Source: Alkalispirochaeta sp.
GTDB lineage: Bacteria; Spirochaetota; Spirochaetia; DSM-27196; Alkalispirochaetaceae
Reading direction: 5' to 3'
NCBI GenBank assembly: GCA_965242725.1
Contig: CBDESZ010000025.1
Location: 160,001 to 224,000 of the forward strand
Length of the DNA stretch: 64,000 nucleotides
Position 1 is the stretch's first letter; each line of letters opens with the position of its first letter. The position numbers were made by a program, and so were the translations under genes. Shown piece after piece: positions 10,681 through 20,231 of this stretch. The notes under the pieces are model-generated. The model was given only the letters and a program-made list of their open reading frames with translations, was not told the DNA's origin and made no database searches.

Positions 10681-11427
10681 ATGATTGCAACAATAGTGAA
10701 TGCAGCGGCCATTATCGTTGGCACGATTGTAGGCCGGATATCGGGCAAGACAATTGGTGATCGTTTTCGCCATACAGTCTTTTCCGGCATCGGCGTCGTC
10801 TCGCTCCTCATCGGGATTTCCATGGCAATGGAGACACAGCGGACGCTCTATCTCGTTTTATCCCTCGTTCTGGGTGGTCTGATCGGAGCGAGCCTCCGGG
10901 TGGAGGATCGAATTTATTCTTTCGGGGAATGGCTGAAACATCGGTTTTATAAAAGCAATGCCGGTTCGGCAGCCGATACATCGGGAACGGGAGAAAGTGC
11001 GGAGCCGCACAGCTTCGCCGAAGGATTCCTCGTCGCGTCGGTTCTTTTCTGCGTCGGCGCCCTTGCGATCATTGGCGCGTTTCGCGCCGGCGTTCAAAAG
11101 GAATATGGGATCATTTTCACGAAATCCGTAATGGACGGCTTCATGGCGATACTACTTACGGCCGCCTACGGAGTAGGCGTCGGATTTTCAGCGTTGTCCA
11201 TCCTCATTTATCAGGGCGGTCTGACGTTGCTCGCCGGCTTTCTCGCGCCCTACGTCAGTCCCCTTATGCTCAGCGAAATATCCGGTGTCGGCGGCGCCAT
11301 GGTGGTGATGATCGGCATCAACCTCCTGGAATTACGGTCCATAAAGACGGGAGATTTTCTGCCGGGTATCCTTCTCGTCGTGCTCTTTGTGCTTTTCGAT
11401 CCCTATATCGGATCTTTCGTGTTGTAA
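10681..11427 (+). CDS. DUF554 family membrane protein
   Basis: 'TIVNAAAIIVG', 'EGFLVASVLFCVGA', 'KSVMDG', 'YQGGLT'. Confidence 0.9.
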   Translation: MIATIVNAAAIIVGTIVGRISGKTIGDRFRHTVFSGIGVVSLLIGISMAMETQRTLYLVLSLVLGGLIGASLRVEDRIYSFGEWLKHRFYKSNAGSAADTSGTGESAEPHSFAEGFLVASVLFCVGALAIIGAFRAGVQKEYGIIFTKSVMDGFMAILLTAAYGVGVGFSALSILIYQGGLTLLAGFLAPYVSPLMLSEISGVGGAMVVMIGINLLELRSIKTGDFLPGILLVVLFVLFDPYIGSFVL

Positions 11428-11460
11428 GAGCAACGGCGCGGACACCGCGGCGTCATTCAT

Positions 11461-11483
11461 TACTGTCCACAACCGTGCGGGTG
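11461..11483 (+). repeat. Left terminal inverted repeat
   Basis: TACTGTCCACAACCGTGCGGGTG. Confidence 0.9.
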
Positions 11484-11587
11484 AAGATCGTCACTTCTGA
11501 AGCAGAAAGATAGAAATGCACTGTATCTGTCAGGGGACCGAACCACCGTTTGCCGATTCGGAATCTCCCCCAATACAGGAGCTGCCC

Positions 11588-12730
11588 ATGGACCACCCCC
11601 CGTTCTGTCCGAACCCCCGCTGCGCCGAACACTGGCGCGGCGCTTCCGTACATCCCCTCCTTCCCGACCCGTCTCCCCCATCTGCATGGTGGATTCGTGA
11701 CGGAACCTATCGCTCCCGGCGGCTCGGGATCGTTCAACGCTTTCGCTGTACCACCTGCGGACGCCACTTCAGTGCATCAACCTTCTCCCTCGAGTACTTC
11801 ACCAAAAAGCACATCAGCCTCTCCCGGTTGCGGAATCTGCTGGTCAGCGGCTGTTCCATCCGTGCCGCCGCCCGGCAGTTGTTCGTCTCTCCCACCACCA
11901 TCACCCACCGGATCATGATGCTTGCCCGCCAGAGTATCGCCGTCCACGGAGCGCTTACCGAGGACGTCGTTCCCGCCGAAGACCTCGTGGCTGACGGCTT
12001 TCAGAGCTTCTGGGTCAGCCAGTACCATCCGAATTCCTTCAACCTCCTTGCCGGAGCCGACTCGCAATATCTCTATGCAATGACGTCAGTTACCCTGCGG
12101 CGAAGCGGGAGGATGACCGCGCGGCAGCGGCGGAAACGGGCGCTCATCGAGGTGCATGAACCGCCTGACCCCGGGGCACTTGCCCGATCGTTTCATGAAC
12201 TCATCCATGAGGCAGTGCGGGTCTGGCACCCGGTGGCACCGGAAAGACGGATTCTTCGCAGTGACGAACACCCGACCTACCAGCGGTGTCTTCGCCAGTG
12301 GCAGTCGGACGGGATTCGCCAGGTGACGATTTCCTCGAGACGACCGCGAACTGCGACCAATCCCCTGTTCGCGGTGAACTATCTTGATCGGGAGATCCGG
12401 AAGGATCTCGCCGAGCACCACCGGGAGACGGTCTGTTTTGCCCGGAATGCAGCGCTGAGCACCGCCCGGATGTGGATCTACCTGGTGTGGCACAACGTGG
12501 ACAAGGAGTACCGAATCTCACCGCGGAATGTGCTGCGCCACGGCGAGGCGGCAGGAATCGGGAGTGATCGACTGCGGCGGGTACGCCGGAGGATGCTGAC
12601 ACGCCGGACATTTCTCACCCGAAGTAGGTTGAATCATACGCTTCGGGTGGTATGGATGGGGATGATGGGGACGCCGGAGCGGGAGAATCGCATCAACGGA
12701 CGATTAACTCCCGGTTACAGCATGGAATAG
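11588..12730 (+). CDS. Transposase-like protein (Zn finger + HTH + DDE-like core)
   Basis: 'CPNPRC...QRFRCTTCGRHF', HTH 'SIRAAARQLFVSPTTI', 'VADGF', 'RSDEH..Y', 'VNYLDREIR..L....RET.CF'; RBS AGGAG at 11577-11581. Confidence 0.82.
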   Translation: MDHPPFCPNPRCAEHWRGASVHPLLPDPSPPSAWWIRDGTYRSRRLGIVQRFRCTTCGRHFSASTFSLEYFTKKHISLSRLRNLLVSGCSIRAAARQLFVSPTTITHRIMMLARQSIAVHGALTEDVVPAEDLVADGFQSFWVSQYHPNSFNLLAGADSQYLYAMTSVTLRRSGRMTARQRRKRALIEVHEPPDPGALARSFHELIHEAVRVWHPVAPERRILRSDEHPTYQRCLRQWQSDGIRQVTISSRRPRTATNPLFAVNYLDREIRKDLAEHHRETVCFARNAALSTARMWIYLVWHNVDKEYRISPRNVLRHGEAAGIGSDRLRRVRRRMLTRRTFLTRSRLNHTLRVVWMGMMGTPERENRINGRLTPGYSME

Positions 12731-12738
12731 GACGTTGC

Positions 12739-12761
12739 CATCCGCACGGTTGTGGACAGTA
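12739..12761 (-). repeat. Right terminal inverted repeat
   Basis: CATCCGCACGGTTGTGGACAGTA; its reverse complement matches the left TIR at 22/23. Confidence 0.9.
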
Positions 12762-12762
12762 G

Positions 12763-15306
12763 TTAGTCATTCCATCGTAGCAAACCAGGTACGTAGGGGT
12801 GAACCAGATCCCTGTGATTCGGCACGACTCGAATAGCAAACCCCTGACGTCCCGCCTGTTCACATTTGACTTTAGTCCGGAAAATATACCCTCTCTCGTC
12901 GGTGCTGTTTGTCTTCATTTCGACGATCCTCGGCTCGTAAAGCTGCCCTTCGGCGTTAATCGGGCCAGTGTAGAGCTGGACCGCGACCTCCGACGGATTG
13001 ATGGCTCCCAGCTGTACCCGACATTCAACGGAAAAGTTCTCTCCAACTTTGAGATTCCTTCCCGTGCCGCCTACCACATCGGTGACGGAAACTGCCGACC
13101 AGTTGCTGCGTAAATTGTCGATATAAGACGCCAGTTCCTTTGATACGGCGTATTCGCTCTTTTGTATGCGATCGGAGTTTTTCAATGCGGGCAGGTAGAA
13201 CTCCTCGGAATACTGGGTCAGCATTCGACTCGTGGAAAAGAGTCCTCCCAGTTTTCTCATGGAGCTCTTCATTCGTCGAATCCACTCCCGGGGCAGGCCG
13301 TCCCGGCCGCGCTCGTAATAGGTGGGAATGATTTCCCGTTCCAGGAGATCGTAAAGAAGTTTGCTTTCGATCTCGTCCTGCATCTCTTCGTCGGCGTATT
13401 CCTCACCGGCCCCGACGGCAAATCCGACTTCCGGGTCATATCCCTCGGCCCACCAGCCGTCCAGTATGGAGCAGTTCAGAACGCCGTTAATAGCCGCCTT
13501 CATTCCGCTCGTTCCGCTTGCTTCCATGGGGCGTCTGGGCGTATTGAGCCAGATGTCGCTCCCGCTCACGAGATATTTGGCGATTTCCAGGTCGTAGTTT
13601 TCGAGAAATACGATTTTGCTGCGGATTTCCGGATCCGCCGCGAAATGGATGATGTCCTTGATGAGGTTCTTGCCTGGAATGTCATGGGGATGCGCCTTCC
13701 CGGCAAAGATAATCTGGACGGGATGGTCGGGATTGGTCAGAAGGCGTCGCAGCCGTTCGGGATCGCGAAAGAGGAGGGTTGCACGCTTATAGGTGGCAAA
13801 CCGCCGGGCAAAACTTATGGTAAAGGTATAGGGCGAGAGAACCTCATCGGCATATAACGCCTTGGATTGACTCGTTCCCCGGCTCGTGAGTTGCTTCTTG
13901 AGGCGGTGCCGGGCAAAGGCAACGAGTTTGTTCTTTCGCGTTTCATGGGTGCGCCAGATCTCCTCATCGGAAATTCGGTCCATTCGTTCCCAGATTTCAA
14001 TATTTGTCGGCTCGTCGTTGAATCGTGGTCCGAAATAACGGTCCAGAAGCTCGTTCATCTCAGGGCTGAGAAAGCTGCGGGAGTGAACGCCGTTGGTGAT
14101 GTGGGTAATGGGGACTTCGCTCTCCGGAAGATCCGGCCAGATCTGCTTCCACATCTCCCGGGATACTGCGCCGTGGAGCTCGCTGACGCCGTTGTTGTAG
14201 GCGCTCAATCGAATGGCGAGGACGGTCATGCAAAAGGGTTCCTGTTGATCCGACGGGTTTTCCCGACCCAGGGCGATAAACTCCTCCCAGCTGAATCCCG
14301 TCCCGTCGGTGATGACATGGAAGTATTTGTGCATCATATCGATACCGAATCGCTCGTTTCCGGCGGGAACCGGTGTGTGGGTGGTAAAGATATTCGTCGG
14401 CCAGACAGCCTGAATCGCCTCCGGCCGGGTCATGCCGTGGTGTTGAATGAGCTCCCGTATACGTTCAATACCGAGAAAGGCGGAGTGTCCCTCATTCATG
14501 TGGGTGACCGCCGGGTTGATTCCCATGGCGCGGAGCGCCCTGATTCCGCCGATACCGAGGAGGATTTCCTGCTTGATCCGCATCTCCCGGTCGCCGCCGT
14601 AGAGAGTCGCCGTAATACGCCGATCAGCATCGCTGTTTTCGTCGATGTTCGCATCGAGAAGAAAAAGGCTGATCCGTCCTACCCGGACCTCCCAGATGCG
14701 GGCAGTCACTACCGAGTGTGGAAATGCGACGTGAATCTTGATCTCCTCGCCGTCGGAGTCAAGAACCCGTCGGACGGGCATGTTATACCAGTCATTCTCC
14801 GGATAGCTCTCCTGCTGGAAACCGTCGGCGTTCAAATACTGCCGAAAGTAGCCCTGCTGGTAGAGAAGCCCCACCCCGACGAGGGGTAATCCAAGGTCGC
14901 TCGCCGACTTGAGGTGGTCCCCCGAAAGCACACCCAGTCCGCCGGAGTATATGGGGAGACTCACGTCCAGACCATACTCCATGGAGAAGTAGGCGATGAC
15001 GTTCTTTTTGTTCCCCTTGAACCACGTTTCCTTTCCGGCGATATACTTTTTGAATGACTCATTCACCCGGTTCAGCGCCGCGAGATAGGAGTCGTCCTGG
15101 GCCATTTTTTCATAGCGGTCCTGGGGAACCATGCCGAGCATGCGCACCGGATTCTGGTTGCTTCTTGTCCACGAATCAAAATCGAGGCGGGTAAAAAGGT
15201 TCAGTGCGTCATCGTTCCAGCTCAACCAGAGGTTATGGGCGATGTCTTCAAGGGGCCGTAGCGCTTTCGGTATTTGAGGGTTTACCGTGAATTCCTGATA
15301 GTTCAT
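12763..15306 (-). CDS. glgP: Alpha-glucan (glycogen) phosphorylase
   Basis: 'AYFSMEYGL...YSGGLGVL', 'HMNEGH', 'FARRFATYKR', PLP site 'EASGTSGMK'. Confidence 0.97.
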   Translation of the reverse strand: MNYQEFTVNPQIPKALRPLEDIAHNLWLSWNDDALNLFTRLDFDSWTRSNQNPVRMLGMVPQDRYEKMAQDDSYLAALNRVNESFKKYIAGKETWFKGNKKNVIAYFSMEYGLDVSLPIYSGGLGVLSGDHLKSASDLGLPLVGVGLLYQQGYFRQYLNADGFQQESYPENDWYNMPVRRVLDSDGEEIKIHVAFPHSVVTARIWEVRVGRISLFLLDANIDENSDADRRITATLYGGDREMRIKQEILLGIGGIRALRAMGINPAVTHMNEGHSAFLGIERIRELIQHHGMTRPEAIQAVWPTNIFTTHTPVPAGNERFGIDMMHKYFHVITDGTGFSWEEFIALGRENPSDQQEPFCMTVLAIRLSAYNNGVSELHGAVSREMWKQIWPDLPESEVPITHITNGVHSRSFLSPEMNELLDRYFGPRFNDEPTNIEIWERMDRISDEEIWRTHETRKNKLVAFARHRLKKQLTSRGTSQSKALYADEVLSPYTFTISFARRFATYKRATLLFRDPERLRRLLTNPDHPVQIIFAGKAHPHDIPGKNLIKDIIHFAADPEIRSKIVFLENYDLEIAKYLVSGSDIWLNTPRRPMEASGTSGMKAAINGVLNCSILDGWWAEGYDPEVGFAVGAGEEYADEEMQDEIESKLLYDLLEREIIPTYYERGRDGLPREWIRRMKSSMRKLGGLFSTSRMLTQYSEEFYLPALKNSDRIQKSEYAVSKELASYIDNLRSNWSAVSVTDVVGGTGRNLKVGENFSVECRVQLGAINPSEVAVQLYTGPINAEGQLYEPRIVEMKTNSTDERGYIFRTKVKCEQAGRQGFAIRVVPNHRDLVHPYVPGLLRWND

Positions 15307-15331
15307 ATATATCCTTTTTTAACGAAATCGA

Positions 15332-16660
15332 TTATCGAGCCCACCGTTCCGGATGTTCGTCGACGATGGGAATAAATACCGTTTGTTCACCGCATTGGGG
15401 AAGCGCGTCGATGGCGGTTATCGCTTTGGCCAACGCAGCTTCCTGGCAGATATGGGTGGTGATGACAACGGGTATGAGCTCGTTGGTCATCGCCTTTTCG
15501 TTCTGAATGAGGCTGGCGATACTGATGCCGTTTGCACCGAGTATTGACGCAATACTTGCCAGCACACCCGGTCGATCCTGGGCCATGATACGTAGATAAT
15601 ACCGGCTTGATGTCTCCGCCGCGGATATCTGAGGTGGTCCTTCATTGGTGTCGGCCCAATATCCCGTGGTATAGAAGGTTGCCGGGAGCGTTCCCGAGGC
15701 GAGAGCCGTGAGATCGGCGACAACGGCGCTGGCCGTGGGGTCACCGCCGGCACCGCGTCCATAATAAAGGGTATGTCCGGTGCGATGGCCGTAGACGCTT
15801 ACCGCGTTAAAAGGACCGTTGACCCACGCCAGGGGATGTTCCTTTGAAATAAACGCCGGGCGTACCCACGTCGTCACACCGCCATTAAGGCGATACGCCA
15901 CGGCCAGGAGTTTGACCACATAGCCGAGTTCCAGTCCAAAAGCGACATCCTGCCCCTTGAGATCATCGATTCCTTTGACGGGGATCGCCTCAAAATCCAC
16001 ACTGGTACCGAATGCGAGCTCCGTCAGAATGGCGAGTTTGTGGGCCGAGTCTATGCCTTGAACGTCGAGGGAGGGGTCCGCTTCGGCCAGACCGATCGCC
16101 TGTGCTTCCGAGAGCGCCTCCGGATAGCTCTGACCCTTTTCAATCATTTCGGTGAGGATGTAGTTGCACGTGCCGTTGACGATACCGTAAATAGCATCAA
16201 TGTGATTGGCGATCAGCCCGTCGGTGATCGCCCGGATGATAGGGATACCGCCGGCCGAGCTCGCTTCAAATCCGATCGTCAATCCCCGGCTCCGGGCGTA
16301 GGCAAAAAGTTCCTTTCCGTGGTGCGCCAGCAACGCCTTGTTTGCGGTCACAACGTGTTTGCCCGCGTCAAGGGATCGCTTGATCAGTTCCAAAGGAAAT
16401 TCGATTCCACCCGTGAGTTCAATGACCACATCGATGTCGTTGTCGGCGAGGACTGAATCGAGATCGGTTGAGAAAAGGTGTTCGGGAAGACCGAGCTGCC
16501 GGGCGTGGTTAAAGGTCTTGCTTACGATGACGGTAAGTTCGATATCGACGCCGCTGCGTTCAATGAGATGATTGTGTTCATGGAGTAAAATCTCCGCGGT
16601 CGCGCCGCCGACGGTTCCGCATCCGACGAGGGCTACCCGCAGACTCTTTTGGGCTTTCAT
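15332..16660 (-). CDS. hom: Homoserine dehydrogenase with C-terminal ACT domain
   Basis: 'GCGTVG', 'VVTANKA', 'GIVNGTCNYIL', 'AEADPSLDV', ACT 'DRPGVLA'. Confidence 0.95.
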   Translation of the reverse strand: MKAQKSLRVALVGCGTVGGATAEILLHEHNHLIERSGVDIELTVIVSKTFNHARQLGLPEHLFSTDLDSVLADNDIDVVIELTGGIEFPLELIKRSLDAGKHVVTANKALLAHHGKELFAYARSRGLTIGFEASSAGGIPIIRAITDGLIANHIDAIYGIVNGTCNYILTEMIEKGQSYPEALSEAQAIGLAEADPSLDVQGIDSAHKLAILTELAFGTSVDFEAIPVKGIDDLKGQDVAFGLELGYVVKLLAVAYRLNGGVTTWVRPAFISKEHPLAWVNGPFNAVSVYGHRTGHTLYYGRGAGGDPTASAVVADLTALASGTLPATFYTTGYWADTNEGPPQISAAETSSRYYLRIMAQDRPGVLASIASILGANGISIASLIQNEKAMTNELIPVVITTHICQEAALAKAITAIDALPQCGEQTVFIPIVDEHPERWAR

Positions 16661-16667
16661 GAGCGGA

Positions 16668-16718
16668 ATGGTACGGATACACTATCCCGTTGTCAACGAC
16701 GCACCCACCTGCTACCCT
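16668..16718. promoter_or_regulatory. Back-to-back sigma70 promoters for hom (-) and the ParB-like gene (+)
   Basis: Minus: TTGACA(16691-96)-17-TACCAT(16668-73)-7-ATG. Plus: TTGTCA(16690-95)-17-TACCCT(16713-18)-6-ATG. Confidence 0.65.
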
Positions 16719-16724
16719 CATTGG

Positions 16725-17657
16725 ATGGTTTTTACGGCGGGCTCTCTTCCCGCGAATGCACTGCAGGCGGTAATGGACGGGGACCGACGTTTTGATATCT
16801 TTTCTCCCGTACCGCAGCGGGACACGGAGGAGCGCATCTTTATTCGTCCTCCCATCGTCGCAAATGTCGCGGATTCAGACGTAACGACATCGAATTTTCT
16901 CGTATGGGGATTCGGATATCGCGTCGCCGTCGACACCCTCATACGGCGGGGAGGAGGCCGCATTCCGGTACTGACTATCTCCGCGGATAGCCGGGGAGAG
17001 AAAGAAATGCTTCTTTCCGCGGCACTATTGGCCGAGGACAGGAGGGGAAGCTATTCCTGGGCGGAAATTGACCGAATTTTTGCCGTTCTTGAGCCGGAGT
17101 CACCGTCGGAGGCATTGATGCAGCTCGTTGACCGGGGTAGAAACGTGACGGAACTGCTGGATCGCTACCGTAATCTTCCCGAGGCGGTGGGGCGATCCTT
17201 GAGCGACGGATTTATCGATATCCGTACGGCAGAAAGCGTGCCTCCCCGGATCCTGCCGTATTGGAGCGAGCTGTGTGAGACAACCGCAGCCGTCTCATTC
17301 AGCGAACGGCGACAGATCATGCGGCTCATCTTTGACGACATCCGATCGGAAAAGGCGGAACCGGAAGAGGTGATGGCGGTGACGCGTCGTCTCACGGGGC
17401 GGGAGCTTCTGGAGACGTTGCGTCGTCGGCGATATCCAACGCTATACCGATTGGAGGAGCGATTGGCCTCATTTCAACGGGAAATCACCGCCGGTACGGG
17501 AGTTACCGTGGCGTATCCGGCCAACTATGAAGGGGACTATTTACACGTATCCTTCCGGATTCGTTCCGATCGTGAACTTGAAAAAAGGATGAAAACATTG
17601 CGGAAGATGGAGGGCCACGTCGATGAGCTCGTGGAATTACTATTCACAGACCATTGA
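16725..17657 (+). CDS. Hypothetical protein, degenerate ParB/Srx-like
   Basis: 'PPIV...LVWGFGYR' resembles the ParB box; 'AEDRR...WAE'; C-terminal 'YPANYEGDYLHVSF'; overlaps the next gene. Confidence 0.55.
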   Translation: MVFTAGSLPANALQAVMDGDRRFDIFSPVPQRDTEERIFIRPPIVANVADSDVTTSNFLVWGFGYRVAVDTLIRRGGGRIPVLTISADSRGEKEMLLSAALLAEDRRGSYSWAEIDRIFAVLEPESPSEALMQLVDRGRNVTELLDRYRNLPEAVGRSLSDGFIDIRTAESVPPRILPYWSELCETTAAVSFSERRQIMRLIFDDIRSEKAEPEEVMAVTRRLTGRELLETLRRRRYPTLYRLEERLASFQREITAGTGVTVAYPANYEGDYLHVSFRIRSDRELEKRMKTLRKMEGHVDELVELLFTDH

Positions 17658-18735
17658 TCGCATCTATTGGACCGACGAGACCTACGATTCGGCAGAACGC
17701 ATACGGACGGATCAGCGGCTCCGGGACAATGGACTGGCGGAACAGATTCACTCACGCCCCGCGGTAAATGTCGATTCTATACCTGCCGGCCACCTGACAC
17801 CCCGTTCAATCATAGTTCGGCGACGGCAGAAGGGCGACTTCGGCCGCTGTCCGGGCACTCACGGCCATTTGTGTTGCAACTATCTCACGCTCAACGTCTA
17901 TCATGGGTGCACCCTCGGCTGCACCTATTGCATCATGCAGCATTACCTGCGGAACAGAACGCTTGAAATTCACCTCCCCGACGAGACGACTGTGGGGACG
18001 ATTCGTCGTCTCGTCCAGTCCAATCCGGACCGTATGATACGGCTTGGGACGGGGGAGGTTGGAGATAGTCTTCTCTATGATCCCCTCTTCGGTATTTCCG
18101 GGGATCTCATCGAAGGTCTTGCCGACCTTGGGAACCTGCGTTTTGAGCTGAAGACCAAAACACCCTATGTGGGCCACCTGCCCGGACTTTCTTCGGCGTC
18201 CGGGACGGGACGGAGAAACACGGTCATCGGATTTTCGATAAACCCTCAGGAGATCATTGGAAGGGAGGAGGGAGTCGCGGCGACGCTGGAGGAACGACTC
18301 GATGCCGCCCGGCGCGTTGCAGCGGCGGGGTACCGCATCGCCTTTCATTTCGACCCGATGATACGGATTCCAGACTGGAAGAAAGCGTACGGTGACCTCG
18401 TGCGACTGCTTGCGGACTTCGACTCCCCGGCACCGGAGTGGATCAGCCTGGGGACGATCCGGTATCCCGACGGTCTGAAGGGTTTTATAGAACGTCGTCC
18501 CTACGGAAACGATGAGTTTATCCCGTCCGGGGACGGGAAAATGCGCTACCTCCAGCCCCTGCGGTCGGCGATGTATCGCCATATGCGGAGGTACCTGAAG
18601 GAGTTTCTACCGGAAACGCCGGTGTATCTGTGTATGGAGAGCGCCGCGGTATGGCGTGCCACCGCCGCGGAAGGATATGACAGGCAGTCACTGCGGGAGA
18701 TCATGAAACCGGTTACAGTCGGAGGGCGGGTATGA
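17623..18735 (+). CDS. Spore photoproduct lyase-like radical SAM protein
   Basis: 'CPGT...LCCNY', CxxxCxxC 'CTLGCTYC', 'GTGEVGDSL', 'HFDPMI', 'DGKMRY', 'YLCME'. Confidence 0.88.
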   Translation: MSSWNYYSQTIDRIYWTDETYDSAERIRTDQRLRDNGLAEQIHSRPAVNVDSIPAGHLTPRSIIVRRRQKGDFGRCPGTHGHLCCNYLTLNVYHGCTLGCTYCIMQHYLRNRTLEIHLPDETTVGTIRRLVQSNPDRMIRLGTGEVGDSLLYDPLFGISGDLIEGLADLGNLRFELKTKTPYVGHLPGLSSASGTGRRNTVIGFSINPQEIIGREEGVAATLEERLDAARRVAAAGYRIAFHFDPMIRIPDWKKAYGDLVRLLADFDSPAPEWISLGTIRYPDGLKGFIERRPYGNDEFIPSGDGKMRYLQPLRSAMYRHMRRYLKEFLPETPVYLCMESAAVWRATAAEGYDRQSLREIMKPVTVGGRV

Positions 18736-19598
18736 AGACGCTGAAGATGACGGTTGCGCTGCTTTTTGTCACCCTCGCACTCGGGGCCCAGGAAGGTGCC
18801 TCTCCGCTCGCACCGGACGTCCCCATTTCAACGACACCGATTGAAGATGTGGTTCTGAGATACTCCAGACTGGAGGGAGGCGTGCCGGTACGCATCGTTC
18901 GACACGGCCTCTCCGGCACGACGCTCCGGCCGAACGAACTTGCGCTGCCCCGTGACGACGGCAGTTTCGTTGAACTCTATCCTTTTGACTGGATCCACGC
19001 GGTCGACCGTGATGTGGATCTTGTCGCCACTGGAAATTTTCTCACCCTCACGACGGTGCGGCGGAATACTCACGCCGTCATTATTGACGCAACCAGAGTT
19101 GAACTGGCCTACGGAACGATCGAGTGGCGGCGGCGGAGCGCGGAGGCTCCTCCCTTTGCCGTTTCCGCAGCAAACATCCTCATCTCCGGACGCGGCGAGG
19201 GGACAATCCGCCGCTTCGGTACTGCCGTATCCGTTGCGGTCCGGAGCGGCCGGTTTGACATATTTGACGGGGAACGCCTCGTCGGAATCCTCGGTGCGGG
19301 ACAGACTCGGGAGTTCGCCCTTGCCGCATCTGAAGACACCGCAAGCGGCGAAGCAATCGCCGACTTGAGGAGTATTCTCGATGAGACGTTGGAACGCTCC
19401 CGGAGCGGTGACGTGGATGGAGAACTTCTCATGACCGTCTGGAATCGTACCGTGCCGGCCATCATACGTTACGGGGAGGCCGAGGCACGTGCTGATGCGG
19501 CGGTTCGGCATCCCGATGTTGTCCAGCGGGATATCGCGGAGGCGCTCCGGTACCTTGGCGGATACCAATTCACACCGCCCCGTCACACCGGCATGTGA
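18732..19598 (+). CDS. Secreted hypothetical protein (possible FecR-like beta fold)
   Basis: Signal peptide; RBS GGAGG; ATGA overlap with the SPL-like gene; 'VSVAVRSGRF...LGAGQ'. Confidence 0.6.
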   Translation: MKTLKMTVALLFVTLALGAQEGASPLAPDVPISTTPIEDVVLRYSRLEGGVPVRIVRHGLSGTTLRPNELALPRDDGSFVELYPFDWIHAVDRDVDLVATGNFLTLTTVRRNTHAVIIDATRVELAYGTIEWRRRSAEAPPFAVSAANILISGRGEGTIRRFGTAVSVAVRSGRFDIFDGERLVGILGAGQTREFALAASEDTASGEAIADLRSILDETLERSRSGDVDGELLMTVWNRTVPAIIRYGEAEARADAAVRHPDVVQRDIAEALRYLGGYQFTPPRHTGM

Positions 19599-19626
19599 GT
19601 TTGGAAATTGACGCCGTCACCACGCG

Positions 19627-20214
19627 TCAGAACAGGGTAATATCCTTGTCCTGTTTCTGCCGCTGGTTCGGCTTCTTCAGCGCCCGCAGGTATTCCTCTT
19701 CGTCTTTCTCCACCGGTGTCGCAAAGTGCCCCCCAAATCGCTTCAGCAGGATTCGCGATGTGGTGGGAAAAAAATAAATTTTTCGTGCGTCGTTCCCGCC
19801 GACGTCACTGGTGGCGATGGGAATATTTTCAGTCTCGAGGTACTCAAATGCGAAGGTGATATTGCTTTCCGGGATATTCCCTTTTGCCGTTGGCAGCATG
19901 TGGGCACCGCCGAAGACCTTGGCAACAAGGTTTTCCTTGTTTGATCCCCGCTTCATCAACTCGTTGATCAGTACTTCCATTGCGTACATTCCGTACCGGC
20001 CTGAATCATCGACGAAGAGATTTCGGCGATCGACCTCGCCGGGAAGCATAAAATGGTTTAAACCTCCCCGTCGGTGCAACGGATCAAAGAGCGCAACGGC
20101 GACGCAACTGCCGAGAACGGTGCAAATGATAATGTCTTTATCCGTCGCCAGATACTCACCCGGATGAATAACGGCGACGGGACGACCGAATTTTCGGTCG
20201 AAGTGGCGGTTCAT
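19627..20214 (-). CDS. cheD: Chemoreceptor glutamine deamidase CheD
   Basis: 'PGEY', 'TVLGSCVAV', 'GGLNHFMLP', 'AKVFGGA', 'DVGG...RKI'. Confidence 0.95.
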   Translation of the reverse strand: MNRHFDRKFGRPVAVIHPGEYLATDKDIIICTVLGSCVAVALFDPLHRRGGLNHFMLPGEVDRRNLFVDDSGRYGMYAMEVLINELMKRGSNKENLVAKVFGGAHMLPTAKGNIPESNITFAFEYLETENIPIATSDVGGNDARKIYFFPTTSRILLKRFGGHFATPVEKDEEEYLRALKKPNQRQKQDKDITLF

Positions 20215-20231
20215 TGTCCCTATTGTGTCAG

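Larger units (their letters stand above)
11461..12761 (+). mobile_element. Insertion sequence, IS1-like single-ORF element, ~1.3 kb
   Basis: 23-bp terminal inverted repeats with 1 mismatch enclose one transposase-like ORF; the element sits between convergent DUF554 and glgP. Confidence 0.85.

Noticed and set aside
11452..11460. GTCATTCAT versus GTCATTCCAT (12766-75) as a target-site duplication
   Set aside because: Imperfect, not adjacent to the right TIR, and the right copy is glgP coding sequence
13867..14889. 340-aa plus-strand ORF
   Set aside because: Antisense shadow of glgP
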